DNA of 64,000 nt from Chthoniobacterales bacterium (lineage in GTDB: Bacteria; Verrucomicrobiota; Verrucomicrobiia; Chthoniobacterales; JAFAMB01): the NCBI GenBank assembly GCA_036401335.1, contig DASWVC010000033.1:291-64290 (forward strand). Reading direction: 5' to 3'. The notes beneath the pieces were generated by a model. That model did not search any database. It saw only the letters and a list, made by a program, of their open reading frames with translations, and was not told the DNA's origin. Both the position numbers and the translations under genes were made by a program. Shown here piece after piece: positions 8,611-18,117 of this stretch (within the stretch, counting starts at the first letter, position 1; each line of letters starts with the position of its first letter).

Positions 8611-9174
8611 TCAGCGACGGGCTTGGCCAAACAGTGCCGGCAAAGGCAGGAACAGGTCGGGGAACGCCACCGGAGCGAGCACGTCGTGAGCCGGAACTTC
8701 GCGGCAGACGGTGTAGGCGGCCGCGTCCGGGTCGGCCTGTTGGTGCACGAGGACCAAGTCGCGCGTGAGGTCGAAGATCCAATATTCGGCGATCCCATTC
8801 CGGGCGTAAGCCCCCCTTTTTACCGTGCGATCGTACCGCAGTGAGCTGTCGGCGACTTCAATGGCCAAAAAGATGTCGTCTGCGAACGCGTAGCGCTCCT
8901 CCGCAAGAACGCGGCGGTGAACCAGGGCCAAGTCCGGCTGCGGCATGGAATGCGCATCCAAACGGAACGGGTTTTGCGGCGAAACAAAGAAGCGGTCGCC
9001 GGCATTCTTGGCCAGAAGTTCGGTGAGACGATTTACCACGTTGGCGTGCCGCGATCCGATCGGCGATTGAACGATCAAATCACCGTCCAGCAGCTCGATG
9101 TGGTCCTCATTGGTAAGTATGCCGGCATGAAAAAGCTTTTCATACCGTTCCACGTCAAAGCGGTAAGTAGTCAT
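8611..9174 (-). CDS. Uma2 family (DUF820) PD-(D/E)xK-type endonuclease
   Basis: Begins MTTYRFDVERYEKLFHAGIL...ELLDGDLIV, with the catalytic-like core PDLALV...LAIEVADSSLRYDRTVKRGAYARNGIAEYWIFDL. Start at the ATG at 9174. Confidence 0.85.
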   Translation of the reverse strand: MTTYRFDVERYEKLFHAGILTNEDHIELLDGDLIVQSPIGSRHANVVNRLTELLAKNAGDRFFVSPQNPFRLDAHSMPQPDLALVHRRVLAEERYAFADDIFLAIEVADSSLRYDRTVKRGAYARNGIAEYWIFDLTRDLVLVHQQADPDAAAYTVCREVPAHDVLAPVAFPDLFLPLPALFGQARR

Positions 9175-9253
9175 AGCTTTAGACCTTCCAATTCTGGGCC
9201 TGAACCCGTAGGGTGAGGTCGTCGCGCGCCCCCGGTCGGGTCCATGCAAGGAA

Positions 9254-10834
9254 TCATTCCCACTCGATCGTGCTTGGCGGTTTGCTGGAAACATCGTAGC
9301 AGACCCGGTTTACCCCTTTGACTTCGTTGATTACCCGAGCCGAAATCCGCGCCAGGATTTCATACGGAAGGCGCACCCAGTCGGCGGTCATGCCATCCTG
9401 GCTTTCGACGATGCGCACGGCCACGGTGTCTTCATACGTGCGTTGATCGCCCATGACGCCTACCGATCTTATGGGCAACAGCACCGCAAACGATTGCCAG
9501 ACCTTGTAATACCAATCGGCGGCCTTCATCTCGTTTACCACGATCTCGTCTGCCTGGCGCAGGACCCGCAGGCGTTCCGGGGTGATCTCGCCCAGGATGC
9601 GCACCCCGAGTCCTGGACCCGGGAACGGCTGCCGAAAAACGATTTCCTTTGGCAGTTCCAGCTCAAGCCCGACCTGACGCACTTCATCCTTGAACAGCTG
9701 CCGCAACGGTTCCAGCAGCTCGAGGTCCATTTTTTCAGGAAGGCCGCCTACGTTGTGGTGGCTTTTGATCAAGGCAGCCGGGTTTCCGCCGATTGCCACG
9801 CTCTCAATGACGTCAGGGTAAAGCGTGCCTTGCGCCAGGTAATGGTAGCGTCCTTCACCCGTGTCCGAAGCTTTCAACTCCCGGGTGGCCTCCTCGAACA
9901 CACGGATGAACTCTTCCCCGATGATCTTGCGCTTTCGTTCCGGATCGACGATGCCCTGCAAACGGTTGAGGAACCGGCTCGACGCATCCACGTAGCGCAA
10001 CTTAATGTGGAAGTTCTCGCCAAAGATCTTTTGCACGGTTTCCGCTTCGCGCGTCCGCAGAAGTCCGTTGTTGACGAAGACGCAGGTCAGACGGTCGCCC
10101 AACGCCCGGTGCAGCAACGCGGCCGCCACCGACGAGTCAACACCGCCGGAAAGACCGAGCACCACTTTGTCCGGGCCAACCCGGGCGTTGATCTCGCGAC
10201 AGGTCTGCTCAATGAACGAGCCCATGGTCCAATCGCCCGCGCAGCCGCAGACCTTGTACAAAAAGTTTTCCAGGATCTCTTTGCCAAGCGGCGTGTGCGC
10301 CACTTCCGGATGAAACTGCAACCCGTACAACTTACGCTTCCGATCTTCGATGGCGGCAAAAGGGGAATTTTCTGTGACGCCGATCGACCGAAAGCCTGGC
10401 GGAAGGCCGGTGACTTTGTCGCCGTGGCTGTTCCAGACCTGGAATTGTTCAGGCAAGGCCTCGAAAAGAGGGCTGGCGCCGGCGGTCGTAAGGTAGCCCG
10501 GACCGTATTCGCGGCGGTCGGAATACTCCACCCGGCCGTCCAAAAAGTGCGCCATTAACTGAACGCCGTAGCAAATTCCGAGGACCGGAACCTCCATTTC
10601 GAAAATCGCCGGGTCAGGGAGGGGTGCGTGGGCTGAGAACACGCTGGCGGGCCCTCCCGAGAGGATGATCCCCTGCGCACCGGTGCGGCGAATGGTTTCC
10701 GGGGCACAATCAAAAGGGAGGATTTCGGAGTAAACGCGGCACTCACGAATCCGTCGTGCAATGACCTGGGTGTACTGGGATCCGAAATCTAGGATCACCA
10801 CCTTGGAAACGGAAAGCATTTCGCCGTTGCTCAT
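9254..10834 (-). CDS. guaA: GMP synthase (glutamine-hydrolysing)
   Basis: GATase part [18 protein letters not shown] with GICYG, ATP-PPase loop SGGVDSS, and C-terminus PPSTIEWE. Start at ATG 10834, or 10819. Confidence 0.95.
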   Translation of the reverse strand: MSNGEMLSVSKVVILDFGSQYTQVIARRIRECRVYSEILPFDCAPETIRRTGAQGIILSGGPASVFSAHAPLPDPAIFEMEVPVLGICYGVQLMAHFLDGRVEYSDRREYGPGYLTTAGASPLFEALPEQFQVWNSHGDKVTGLPPGFRSIGVTENSPFAAIEDRKRKLYGLQFHPEVAHTPLGKEILENFLYKVCGCAGDWTMGSFIEQTCREINARVGPDKVVLGLSGGVDSSVAAALLHRALGDRLTCVFVNNGLLRTREAETVQKIFGENFHIKLRYVDASSRFLNRLQGIVDPERKRKIIGEEFIRVFEEATRELKASDTGEGRYHYLAQGTLYPDVIESVAIGGNPAALIKSHHNVGGLPEKMDLELLEPLRQLFKDEVRQVGLELELPKEIVFRQPFPGPGLGVRILGEITPERLRVLRQADEIVVNEMKAADWYYKVWQSFAVLLPIRSVGVMGDQRTYEDTVAVRIVESQDGMTADWVRLPYEILARISARVINEVKGVNRVCYDVSSKPPSTIEWE

Positions 10835-11009
10835 CGGGAAAGCCGAGTATGCCACCGAAGCTCCACGAGAGCAAAGAAGGTGTCGCCGTGAACCCAATGC
10901 CACGAATCGAAGAACCGAAGAAAGCCACGGATGGTTCAGGAGCCACGAATACAATTGATACAATTTCTCCCCGCCCCGGAGCCGCTGGTGCGGTATACTC
11001 GCCGGCAGC

Positions 11010-11603
11010 GTGCGAGCAAAAACCTACCGCCGGATTATCCCGGCAACACTGCTGCTTGAAGCGTATGGCAACGGCATTTTCCCCATGGCAGGCGACGGGG
11101 GCGAGATTGGCTGGTTTTCGCCAGACCCGCGCGGCATCCTGCCTTTGGAGACCTTCCATGTGCCGCATGGATTGAAGCGAACCCTTCGGAAAGGGATCTT
11201 TGAGGTGCGGATCGATCACGCTTTTGAAAGCGTGATGCGGGCTTGTGCCGAACGAAGCGAGACTTGGATCAGCGAAGAAATAATCGCCAGTTACTTGAAC
11301 CTGCACCAACTGGGGTATGCGCATTCGGTTGAAGCCTGGCGGGAGGGTCAGCTTGCCGGTGGCCTGTACGGAGTTGCCCTGGATGGAGCCTTTTTTGGAG
11401 AATCCATGTTTCACCGCGAAACGGATGCGTCGAAGGTTGCCTTGGTCGCGCTGGTTGAACGATTACGGGAGCGTCGGTATCAGCTCCTGGACACCCAGTA
11501 CGTCACGCCGCACCTGCAAACCTTTGGCGCCGTGGAAATCCCCCGGGTCAACTACCTGCGGATGTTACGACACGCGCTGGCGCTGAATTGCAGGTTCGTC
11601 TAG
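11010..11603 (+). CDS. aat: Leucyl/phenylalanyl-tRNA--protein transferase
   Basis: 197 aa containing [25 protein letters not shown], and [16 protein letters not shown]. Confidence 0.9.
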   Translation: MRAKTYRRIIPATLLLEAYGNGIFPMAGDGGEIGWFSPDPRGILPLETFHVPHGLKRTLRKGIFEVRIDHAFESVMRACAERSETWISEEIIASYLNLHQLGYAHSVEAWREGQLAGGLYGVALDGAFFGESMFHRETDASKVALVALVERLRERRYQLLDTQYVTPHLQTFGAVEIPRVNYLRMLRHALALNCRFV

Positions 11604-11617
11604 GGCGTGCTTCGACT

Positions 11618-12421
11618 ATGGCCATTATTTCCGTTCACGGGTTGGGCGTAAAACGAGGCGGCACCCCAATTTTGGAGGACCTGAGCTGGGCGGTCGAAGA
11701 CGGGGAACACTGGACGGTGCTTGGCGCGAATGGTTCCGGCAAGACGAGCCTGCTGAGTTGCCTCACCGGCTACCTGACGCCCTCGCAGGGCGAGGTGACC
11801 GTGCTCGACCGTCGGTACGGGCACTCGGACTGGCGCGAACTGCGCAAGGAAGTCGGGTTGGTCAGTTCCAGCATCCGTCAACTCATCACCGACGAGCAAA
11901 CTGCCTTGGAGGTGACGGCGAGCGGCCGGAATGCCGAGCTGAACCTCTGGCATGCGCCCCGAGGCGAGCTGCGGCAATCGGCTTTGGAGTCGTTGCGGCA
12001 GGTGGAGCTGGAAAACCTGGCCGATCGCCCTTGGGGTCACCTCTCCCAAGGCGAAAGGCAGCGCACACTGATCGGCCGGGCATTGATGGCGCGGTTTCGG
12101 ATTCTGATTCTGGACGAGCCGTGTGCCGGGCTCGATCCGGTCGCCCGGGAGAGGTTTTTGGCGTTCATCGAAAGGCTTGGCCAGACTCCGCTAACCCCGA
12201 ACCTGATCATGGTCACCCACCATGTAGAAGAGATCCTGCCGTGTTTCTCGCGCGCTCTGGTTCTGCGGGCTGGACGCGTTCTGGCCCTAGGCGACGTGCG
12301 GCGGGTCATCACGTCGACTGTCCTGTCGGAGGCCTTTGCGGCCCGGGTAAAAGTGCTCCGGCGGCGGGGACGGTTTGCCCTTGAGATTACCTCTGGTGAC
12401 GGCGCCCAGCTCGCTGCCTGA
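11618..12421 (+). CDS. ABC transporter ATP-binding protein (ModF/YlmA-like, no adjacent permease)
   Basis: Walker A GANGSGKTS, signature LSQGERQR, Walker B ILILDEP. Start at ATG 11618 (MAIISVHGL). Confidence 0.85.
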   Translation: MAIISVHGLGVKRGGTPILEDLSWAVEDGEHWTVLGANGSGKTSLLSCLTGYLTPSQGEVTVLDRRYGHSDWRELRKEVGLVSSSIRQLITDEQTALEVTASGRNAELNLWHAPRGELRQSALESLRQVELENLADRPWGHLSQGERQRTLIGRALMARFRILILDEPCAGLDPVARERFLAFIERLGQTPLTPNLIMVTHHVEEILPCFSRALVLRAGRVLALGDVRRVITSTVLSEAFAARVKVLRRRGRFALEITSGDGAQLAA

Positions 12422-12497
12422 GGGGCCGCAGCGGGGGGTGAGTGGAAGGATGACGGATTCGCCAACCCGGACGTTTGGAGGTAAGGAACTCTCCTCT

Positions 12498-13127
12498 ATG
12501 GCACACCATTCGGAACCACAGATCTACCTCATTCGGCATGGCGAGACCGAATGGGCGCGCGACGGCCGGCACACCGGCCAGTCCGACATTCCGCTCACGG
12601 AGACCGGTCGGGAACAGGCTGGCTTTCTCAGGCCCGTTTTTGATGACGTGACGTTCAAGGCCATTCTCAGCAGCCCCCTCCAACGGTCCATCGAGACGAC
12701 CCGGCTGGCCGGCCTTGGCGACCGCGTCGAGACGGTGGACGACCTTCGCGAGTGGGATTATGGCGACTATGAAGGCGTGACGACCAAGGACATCCGGAAG
12801 ATGGTGCCTGACTGGACGGTGTTTACCCATCCGTGCCCGAACGGCGAAACCATCGTGCAGGTCAGCGCGCGTGCTGACCGGGTCATTGCGCGAATCCGAA
12901 ACCTCGACGGCAATGTGGCCCTGTTCTCCCACGGCCATTACCTGCGCGTGCTTGCGGCGCGGTGGCTGGGGGCCGATCCGCACCTGGGCCGGCACCTGTT
13001 GCTGGGCACCAGCACGCTTTCAATTCTCAGCTACGAGCATGGATATCCCGTGATCAAGACGTGGAACGGACCTCTTATCACCGCAGCGTGTGCCGCCCCT
13101 TGGACGCGACAAAGCGTGCCGCATTGA
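12498..13127 (+). CDS. Histidine phosphatase family protein (phosphoglycerate-mutase-like)
   Basis: IYLIRHGETEW catalytic motif. ATG 12498 is preceded by GGAGG. Confidence 0.85.
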   Translation: MAHHSEPQIYLIRHGETEWARDGRHTGQSDIPLTETGREQAGFLRPVFDDVTFKAILSSPLQRSIETTRLAGLGDRVETVDDLREWDYGDYEGVTTKDIRKMVPDWTVFTHPCPNGETIVQVSARADRVIARIRNLDGNVALFSHGHYLRVLAARWLGADPHLGRHLLLGTSTLSILSYEHGYPVIKTWNGPLITAACAAPWTRQSVPH

Positions 13128-13252
13128 AGCCATGAACAGCCATGCCTGAAGCATAGGCGCTCCGGGACCACTCGACGGACACAGGTTGGCGGTCACTGAT
13201 TTTGGAGTTTGGCATCCTTTACGGCCAGGATTTTGGGCACCGCCGGGGGATT

Positions 13253-14524
13253 TTACCGGATCTCCCTGCCGCGAAAATAGTCCCAGAGCGCTTCCGGCAG
13301 TTTCACGGCACCGTCGGCTTGCTGGTGCGTTTCCAACACGGCCACAAAAAGGCGGGCGAGGGCAGTGCCGGAGCCGTTCAGGGTATGGCAGAAACGGTTC
13401 TTGCCGGCAGCGTCCTTGAACCGAAGGTTCATGCGGCGCGCCTGGAAATCCTCGCAGTTGGAGCAACTGGATACTTCCAGGAATCGATTCTGGCCGGGAG
13501 CCCACACTTCGATGTCGTAGGTCTTGGCCGCGGCAAAGCCGAGGTCGCCGGTGCAGAGCTCAATGACGCGGTAGGGCAGCCCAAGAAGTTGAAGAACCCG
13601 CTCCGCATCGGCTGTCAGTGATTCCAGTTCTGCAAACGACGTTTCCGGCGTGGCGATCTTCACCAGTTCCACCTTATCAAACTGGTGCACCCGGATGATT
13701 CCCCGCGTGTCTTTGCCGGCTGCACCCGCTTCGCGCCGGAAGCAGGGGGTGTGGGCCACAAAACGCTTTGGCAGGGAGTCAAGGGGCAGGATCTCATCGC
13801 GATGAAAGTTCGTCACCGGAACTTCGGCCGTCGGGATCAGGAACAGGTCACCGCCTTCGGTGGCGTAGGCTTCGTCCTCAAATTTTGGCAGCTGACCCGT
13901 GCCGACCATGCACTCGCGCCGGACCAGGTAGGGGGGGCTTACTTCGGTGTACCCGTGCCGCTCGCTGTGCAGGTCCAGGAGAAACTGAATGAGCGCCCGC
14001 TGGAGGCGCGCCCCGCGGTTTGCGAAAAATACAAAGCCGCTGCCGCTCAGCTTGGCTGCCCGTTCAAAATCAATCAGCTTTAACCGGGTCGCGATCTCCA
14101 CGTGATCGAGGGCGGGGAAGGCCGGGGCGGGTACGTCGCCCCAGCTCCGGACAACGGGGTTATCCGCAGCTTCCCTTCCGACCGGGACGTCCGGGTGAGG
14201 CAGGTTCGGCAGGTTGAGGATGAGGGTTCGTTGCCGGTCATCCGCCAGGGAGACCTTTCCCTCCAGCAAAGTGATCTGTTCCGCCAGCCCGTGCACCTCC
14301 GCCTCCAGTTCACTGCTGTCCGCATTCCGTGCGCGCCTCGCGCCAACCTCTTTGCTCAGGCGTTTCCGGTCGGCATTCAACTTCTGCAGCTCGGTCTCAT
14401 GGCGCCGGCGTTCGGCGTCCACGCCCAGGACGACGTCTACCTGGTCGCCCAGCCCGGGCTGTCGCGCGTTTAGCCGCTCCCGGACGTCGTCAGGTTTTTC
14501 TCTCAGCAGCCGAATGTCGAGCAT
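13253..14524 (-). CDS. serS: Seryl-tRNA synthetase
   Basis: Begins MLDIRLLREKPDDV at the ATG at 14524, with an N-terminal coiled-coil arm, class II core, and TLNGSGTALARL. Confidence 0.95.
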   Translation of the reverse strand: MLDIRLLREKPDDVRERLNARQPGLGDQVDVVLGVDAERRRHETELQKLNADRKRLSKEVGARRARNADSSELEAEVHGLAEQITLLEGKVSLADDRQRTLILNLPNLPHPDVPVGREAADNPVVRSWGDVPAPAFPALDHVEIATRLKLIDFERAAKLSGSGFVFFANRGARLQRALIQFLLDLHSERHGYTEVSPPYLVRRECMVGTGQLPKFEDEAYATEGGDLFLIPTAEVPVTNFHRDEILPLDSLPKRFVAHTPCFRREAGAAGKDTRGIIRVHQFDKVELVKIATPETSFAELESLTADAERVLQLLGLPYRVIELCTGDLGFAAAKTYDIEVWAPGQNRFLEVSSCSNCEDFQARRMNLRFKDAAGKNRFCHTLNGSGTALARLFVAVLETHQQADGAVKLPEALWDYFRGREIR

Positions 14525-14742
14525 GCCTTGGCTATAACCGAAGATCCCGGTCAGTAAAGGCCGGAGAGACGGACGGCTTCGAGGGTTGCGGCGCTGGCCT
14601 GCTTCAATAGCGGCACACCGTGGGCGGGATTGTTTCGGCGAACGGGTGAGAGTTCGGGGAGGTGCGCGCCCTGCCGTAGGGCGGTGAAGGACCCGATACA
14701 TGTGCGCACCCCGATACCCCGGCCGGCGTGGGACGGCCAGCC

Positions 14743-15699
14743 CTACCGGGCCGGCTTCTCCGTCAGGGCCCAGATTGTGCGCAGGGCGTTCCCTTCCAGC
14801 CGGTTGTTGATGTAGACAAAAACCGGTTTGTGTTGTTCCAGGGCCACCTCCCAGATCAAGCGGCGGCCGGCATGACGGGCCGACCGATCAACCTCCCTGG
14901 TTTCTACATAGGGACTGAAATCCTGGACTGCCTCCTCGTAGGCCCGGCCCGGAGTGAGCAGCAGGCGGGCGGCGGCGAAGTCGGCAGTGTCGCTGCCCGT
15001 CAGGGCAAGTTGCTCCTCAGCGGATGGCATCCGGGTCCATTGATTGTAGACGTGAGCGACGTTGTGGCGCCGGAGCAAGGCAAAGTACGTCGATTGCAGA
15101 AAACCGGGCGTGCGGATCTCCACCCCATAATTCCATCCGCGTGGGAGGGCGCCCAGGAACTCATCCAGGACGAGCAGGAACTGCTCTGCGGCCGCGGCGT
15201 CACCCGGTCGGAACTCCGAGAATTCGAAAATCAGCACGCCAACCTGTTGCCGGTGTGGAACCAGCGGTTTCAGGTAATGGTCGACGAAATACTCCGCATC
15301 GAGGTAATGGGGATTCACCAGACCTGCGTGGGTGCCAAACCGGGGCAGCTTCGGGTAGCGCTGAAGGGTGATTGTATCCGTTACCTTGAAGGTAAAACGG
15401 AAGCCCGCGTCCACTTGGCTGCACAACTTCTCCAGGTAACGGGCATCCGGGAATTTGTAGTAACCGGCGTCCACACAGACCGAGCGGAAGAACAGCGCGT
15501 ATTCAGCGAGGCATTCCTCCTCGAAACGCCGTTCCGAATACCGCCCCCGAGCCTCGTACCTGGAACGGTCGTAAAGTAGCCCCAGCCATCCCGGGTATTT
15601 CCAGGAAGACGTGCCCACCCAGGCCCCTTTGGCCGCCATTCCGGCCAACCGCTCGCCCATGGCTTCGCGGTCAAAGTCTGGTCCAAAGAGGTCAAGCAT
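14743..15699 (-). CDS. DUF72 domain protein
   Basis: 318 aa with VGTSSWKYPGW and a TIM-barrel-like DUF72 pattern. Confidence 0.85.
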   Translation of the reverse strand: MLDLFGPDFDREAMGERLAGMAAKGAWVGTSSWKYPGWLGLLYDRSRYEARGRYSERRFEEECLAEYALFFRSVCVDAGYYKFPDARYLEKLCSQVDAGFRFTFKVTDTITLQRYPKLPRFGTHAGLVNPHYLDAEYFVDHYLKPLVPHRQQVGVLIFEFSEFRPGDAAAAEQFLLVLDEFLGALPRGWNYGVEIRTPGFLQSTYFALLRRHNVAHVYNQWTRMPSAEEQLALTGSDTADFAAARLLLTPGRAYEEAVQDFSPYVETREVDRSARHAGRRLIWEVALEQHKPVFVYINNRLEGNALRTIWALTEKPAR

Positions 15700-15745
15700 C
15701 GGTGGTGTTTCTCAGCGGCGGCCAGCGTGCGTGAAGGCAGGATCG

Positions 15746-16558
15746 TCAGTCACCATCCGACAAAGGCTCCTGCTGGTGTGGGGTGGAGGACGGCCGGACG
15801 GCCCCGTGAGGTGCTGGTTTGTTGTCGACGAGATCCCCTGGCCGCGCACCGGGAATCGTGGCATACCCTTCAAATTTCGGGGTACGGCCGGGATCGCCGG
15901 TTGCGGGTTGCCCGGAGGGCAGTTTGAAATCAAAGACGCTTACTCCAAACTGCCGGACGCCGGCGTAGGACCGTCCCTCACTGGCACCGACCATCAGCGG
16001 TTTGCCGGATTGTTTGCCGGTGCCCAGGTAAATCATAACGTGCGTGATCGGCACGTCCCTTTTGATCGTGTAGGTTCCCGACCAAAACAGGAGGTCCCCT
16101 GGTCTAAGGGCTGCCAAGGCTCCCGGATCCTGCATGGAGTGGAAATCGCCGTGTTTACGCACCCAGAGGTACTGCTCACTGGAGTCCCGGGGCACCTCGG
16201 CGAAACCGGCCTGCTGAAGCACGAAAGAAACGAAGCCGGAACAATCCATGCCCCCTTTCGCGGGGTCGTCTGATCCGTACGTGTAGGCCAGGTTTCGCTC
16301 GGTGAGCGCGAGCGCTTCGCGCAAAACGGCCTGAACCTTGGAGGGCTGGTCTGCCAGTTCCTTTAGTTCCTCCGGTTTCAGGCTGGTCACCCGAGTTCCG
16401 GTTTTCTCTCCGGCACGGCCGGCCGCTTCTGCGTTATCCGCCGAAGTGGCTTCCGACGAAGCGGCGGGAACGTCGCCCGGGTTCCGTGCCGCCTTTGCAC
16501 CTTTGAGGGTAAAGGCGGCCATGGTCACGGCTGCCGCGAGGGTTACGGTCCTCTTCAT
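15746..16558 (-). CDS. Secreted NlpC/P60 (C40) cell-wall peptidase
   Basis: Signal peptide MKRTVTLAAAVTMAAFTLKGAKA, catalytic Cys in GGMDCSGFV, His in ITHVMIYLG. Confidence 0.85.
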   Translation of the reverse strand: MKRTVTLAAAVTMAAFTLKGAKAARNPGDVPAASSEATSADNAEAAGRAGEKTGTRVTSLKPEELKELADQPSKVQAVLREALALTERNLAYTYGSDDPAKGGMDCSGFVSFVLQQAGFAEVPRDSSEQYLWVRKHGDFHSMQDPGALAALRPGDLLFWSGTYTIKRDVPITHVMIYLGTGKQSGKPLMVGASEGRSYAGVRQFGVSVFDFKLPSGQPATGDPGRTPKFEGYATIPGARPGDLVDNKPAPHGAVRPSSTPHQQEPLSDGD

Positions 16559-17886
16559 CTCACCTCGGCCAAGGCTTCAAGCAGGTTTTGGTTCAGACGA
16601 ATGCCCGCATGAAAGTTTTCGATTGAAAAGCTTTCATTGGGTGAATGCACTTTACAGTCCGGCAGGGCAAGGCCCAACAGCAGGGTGTCAACCCCCAGAA
16701 CATCCTTAAAGGTCTGGGTGATTGGCACGCTGCCACCTTCACGAATGAACGCCGTCTCACGGCCAAACGTGCGTTCCAAGGCTTTCTGGGCCGCGATGCC
16801 AAAACCGGTGTCCGGCCGCACCAGGTAAGGCTTGCCGTCGTGCTGGAAAATAATATCCAGGTTCACCGTAGCCGGGCAAAGGTCGCGGATGAACGCCGTC
16901 ACGGCCGTGTAAATCTCGTCGGGATCCTGGTCGGGCACCAACCGAAAGGAGAGTTTGGCGAAAGCGCGGCCGGGGATAATGGTTTTTGGCCCTTCGCCCA
17001 AATAGCCGCTTCCGAAACCATTGACCTCTGCAGTCGGGCGTGCCCAGACCCGCTCAAGGGTCGAGTAACCTTCTTCGCCAAACAAATGGGGGGAGCCCGC
17101 GTTTTCCAGCCATTGCTCGTCCGTGACAGGCAGTTTTGCCCATAGATCCCGCTCCCAACTTTCCAATGGCCGCACCCGGTCGTAAAAGCCGGGAACCTTT
17201 ATCCGGCCGTGAGAATCGTGCAACGCCCCCACCATCCGGCCGAGTTCGGTGGCTGGATTCGCCACCGATCCTCCGAAGATGCCGGAATGAAGGTCGGCGG
17301 CCGGCCCCCGGAGCCGGACCTCCAGGCACACGATGCCGCGCAGGCCATAGGTAAACGTGGGAATACCCGGCGCGATCATGCCAGTGTCCGAGACTGCCAC
17401 GACGTCGACCGGGAACCGCTCCCGCTGCATGCGCAACACTTGTTCGAGGTGCGGGCTGCCCGTTTCTTCTTCGCCTTCGATCAAAAAAATCACGTTAACG
17501 GGCAGATCACCCTGATGTCGCAGTACCTGTTCGACGCCGAGCAGGTGAGCCAGGATTTGTCCCTTGTTGTCCGTGGCGCCGCGCGCGTAAAGTTTGTCGC
17601 CTTTCACGGTGGGCTCGAACGGGGGCGAATCCCACAGCTCCAACGGGTCCGCCGGTTGGACGTCGTAATGGCCGTAGATCAGGACGGTCTTGCGGCCCGG
17701 CCGCGGCTCGTTGCGGGCAATGACCACCGGGTTACCGGGTGTGGCCACGGTTTCAGCGGCCAAACCGGCTTGCTCCAACCGCGCCTGGAGCCACGCCGCG
17801 CATGCTTGAACGTCGGCCTTGAACTGGAGATCAGCCGAGATTGAAGGAAAGCGGAGAAACGCGAAAAGGTCGTCGAGGGGATTCAT
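16555..17886 (-). CDS. M20 family dipeptidase
   Basis: 443 aa with YGHYDVQPADPLELWDSPPFEP and ARGATDNKGQ. Confidence 0.88.
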   Translation of the reverse strand: MNPLDDLFAFLRFPSISADLQFKADVQACAAWLQARLEQAGLAAETVATPGNPVVIARNEPRPGRKTVLIYGHYDVQPADPLELWDSPPFEPTVKGDKLYARGATDNKGQILAHLLGVEQVLRHQGDLPVNVIFLIEGEEETGSPHLEQVLRMQRERFPVDVVAVSDTGMIAPGIPTFTYGLRGIVCLEVRLRGPAADLHSGIFGGSVANPATELGRMVGALHDSHGRIKVPGFYDRVRPLESWERDLWAKLPVTDEQWLENAGSPHLFGEEGYSTLERVWARPTAEVNGFGSGYLGEGPKTIIPGRAFAKLSFRLVPDQDPDEIYTAVTAFIRDLCPATVNLDIIFQHDGKPYLVRPDTGFGIAAQKALERTFGRETAFIREGGSVPITQTFKDVLGVDTLLLGLALPDCKVHSPNESFSIENFHAGIRLNQNLLEALAEVR

Positions 17887-18117
17887 CGGTGCGGAAGCAA
17901 CAAACCACAGTGCCGTCGCGTCGACCAGTGAGCATATTAGCTTCGGAAAGCCGGTTTTAAGCGGATGAAACTAACGCCGGCACGCGTTGAGGGCCGTGGA
18001 AATCGGGCCACCTTGCAACCCAACATCTTGGGGTGCTGACGTCGGAACCAGCCATAAATGGTATTTTCGCTTGAGCGCGCCTCCTCCGGCTTATACGCTT
18101 GCACCGGTCGAGCCGTT

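Noticed and set aside
9443-10558. 371-aa ORF antisense to guaA
   Set aside because: This is an antisense-frame artefact; guaA on the other strand is unambiguous.
13128-13150. ATGAACAGCC motif after the histidine-phosphatase stop, as a possible third copy of the repeat element
   Set aside because: Only a single 10-bp unit is present. There is no tandem array, inverted partner or conserved core block.
14728-15579. 283-aa ORF antisense to the DUF72 gene
   Set aside because: The translation shows no conserved motifs, and the opposite strand carries the recognisable gene.
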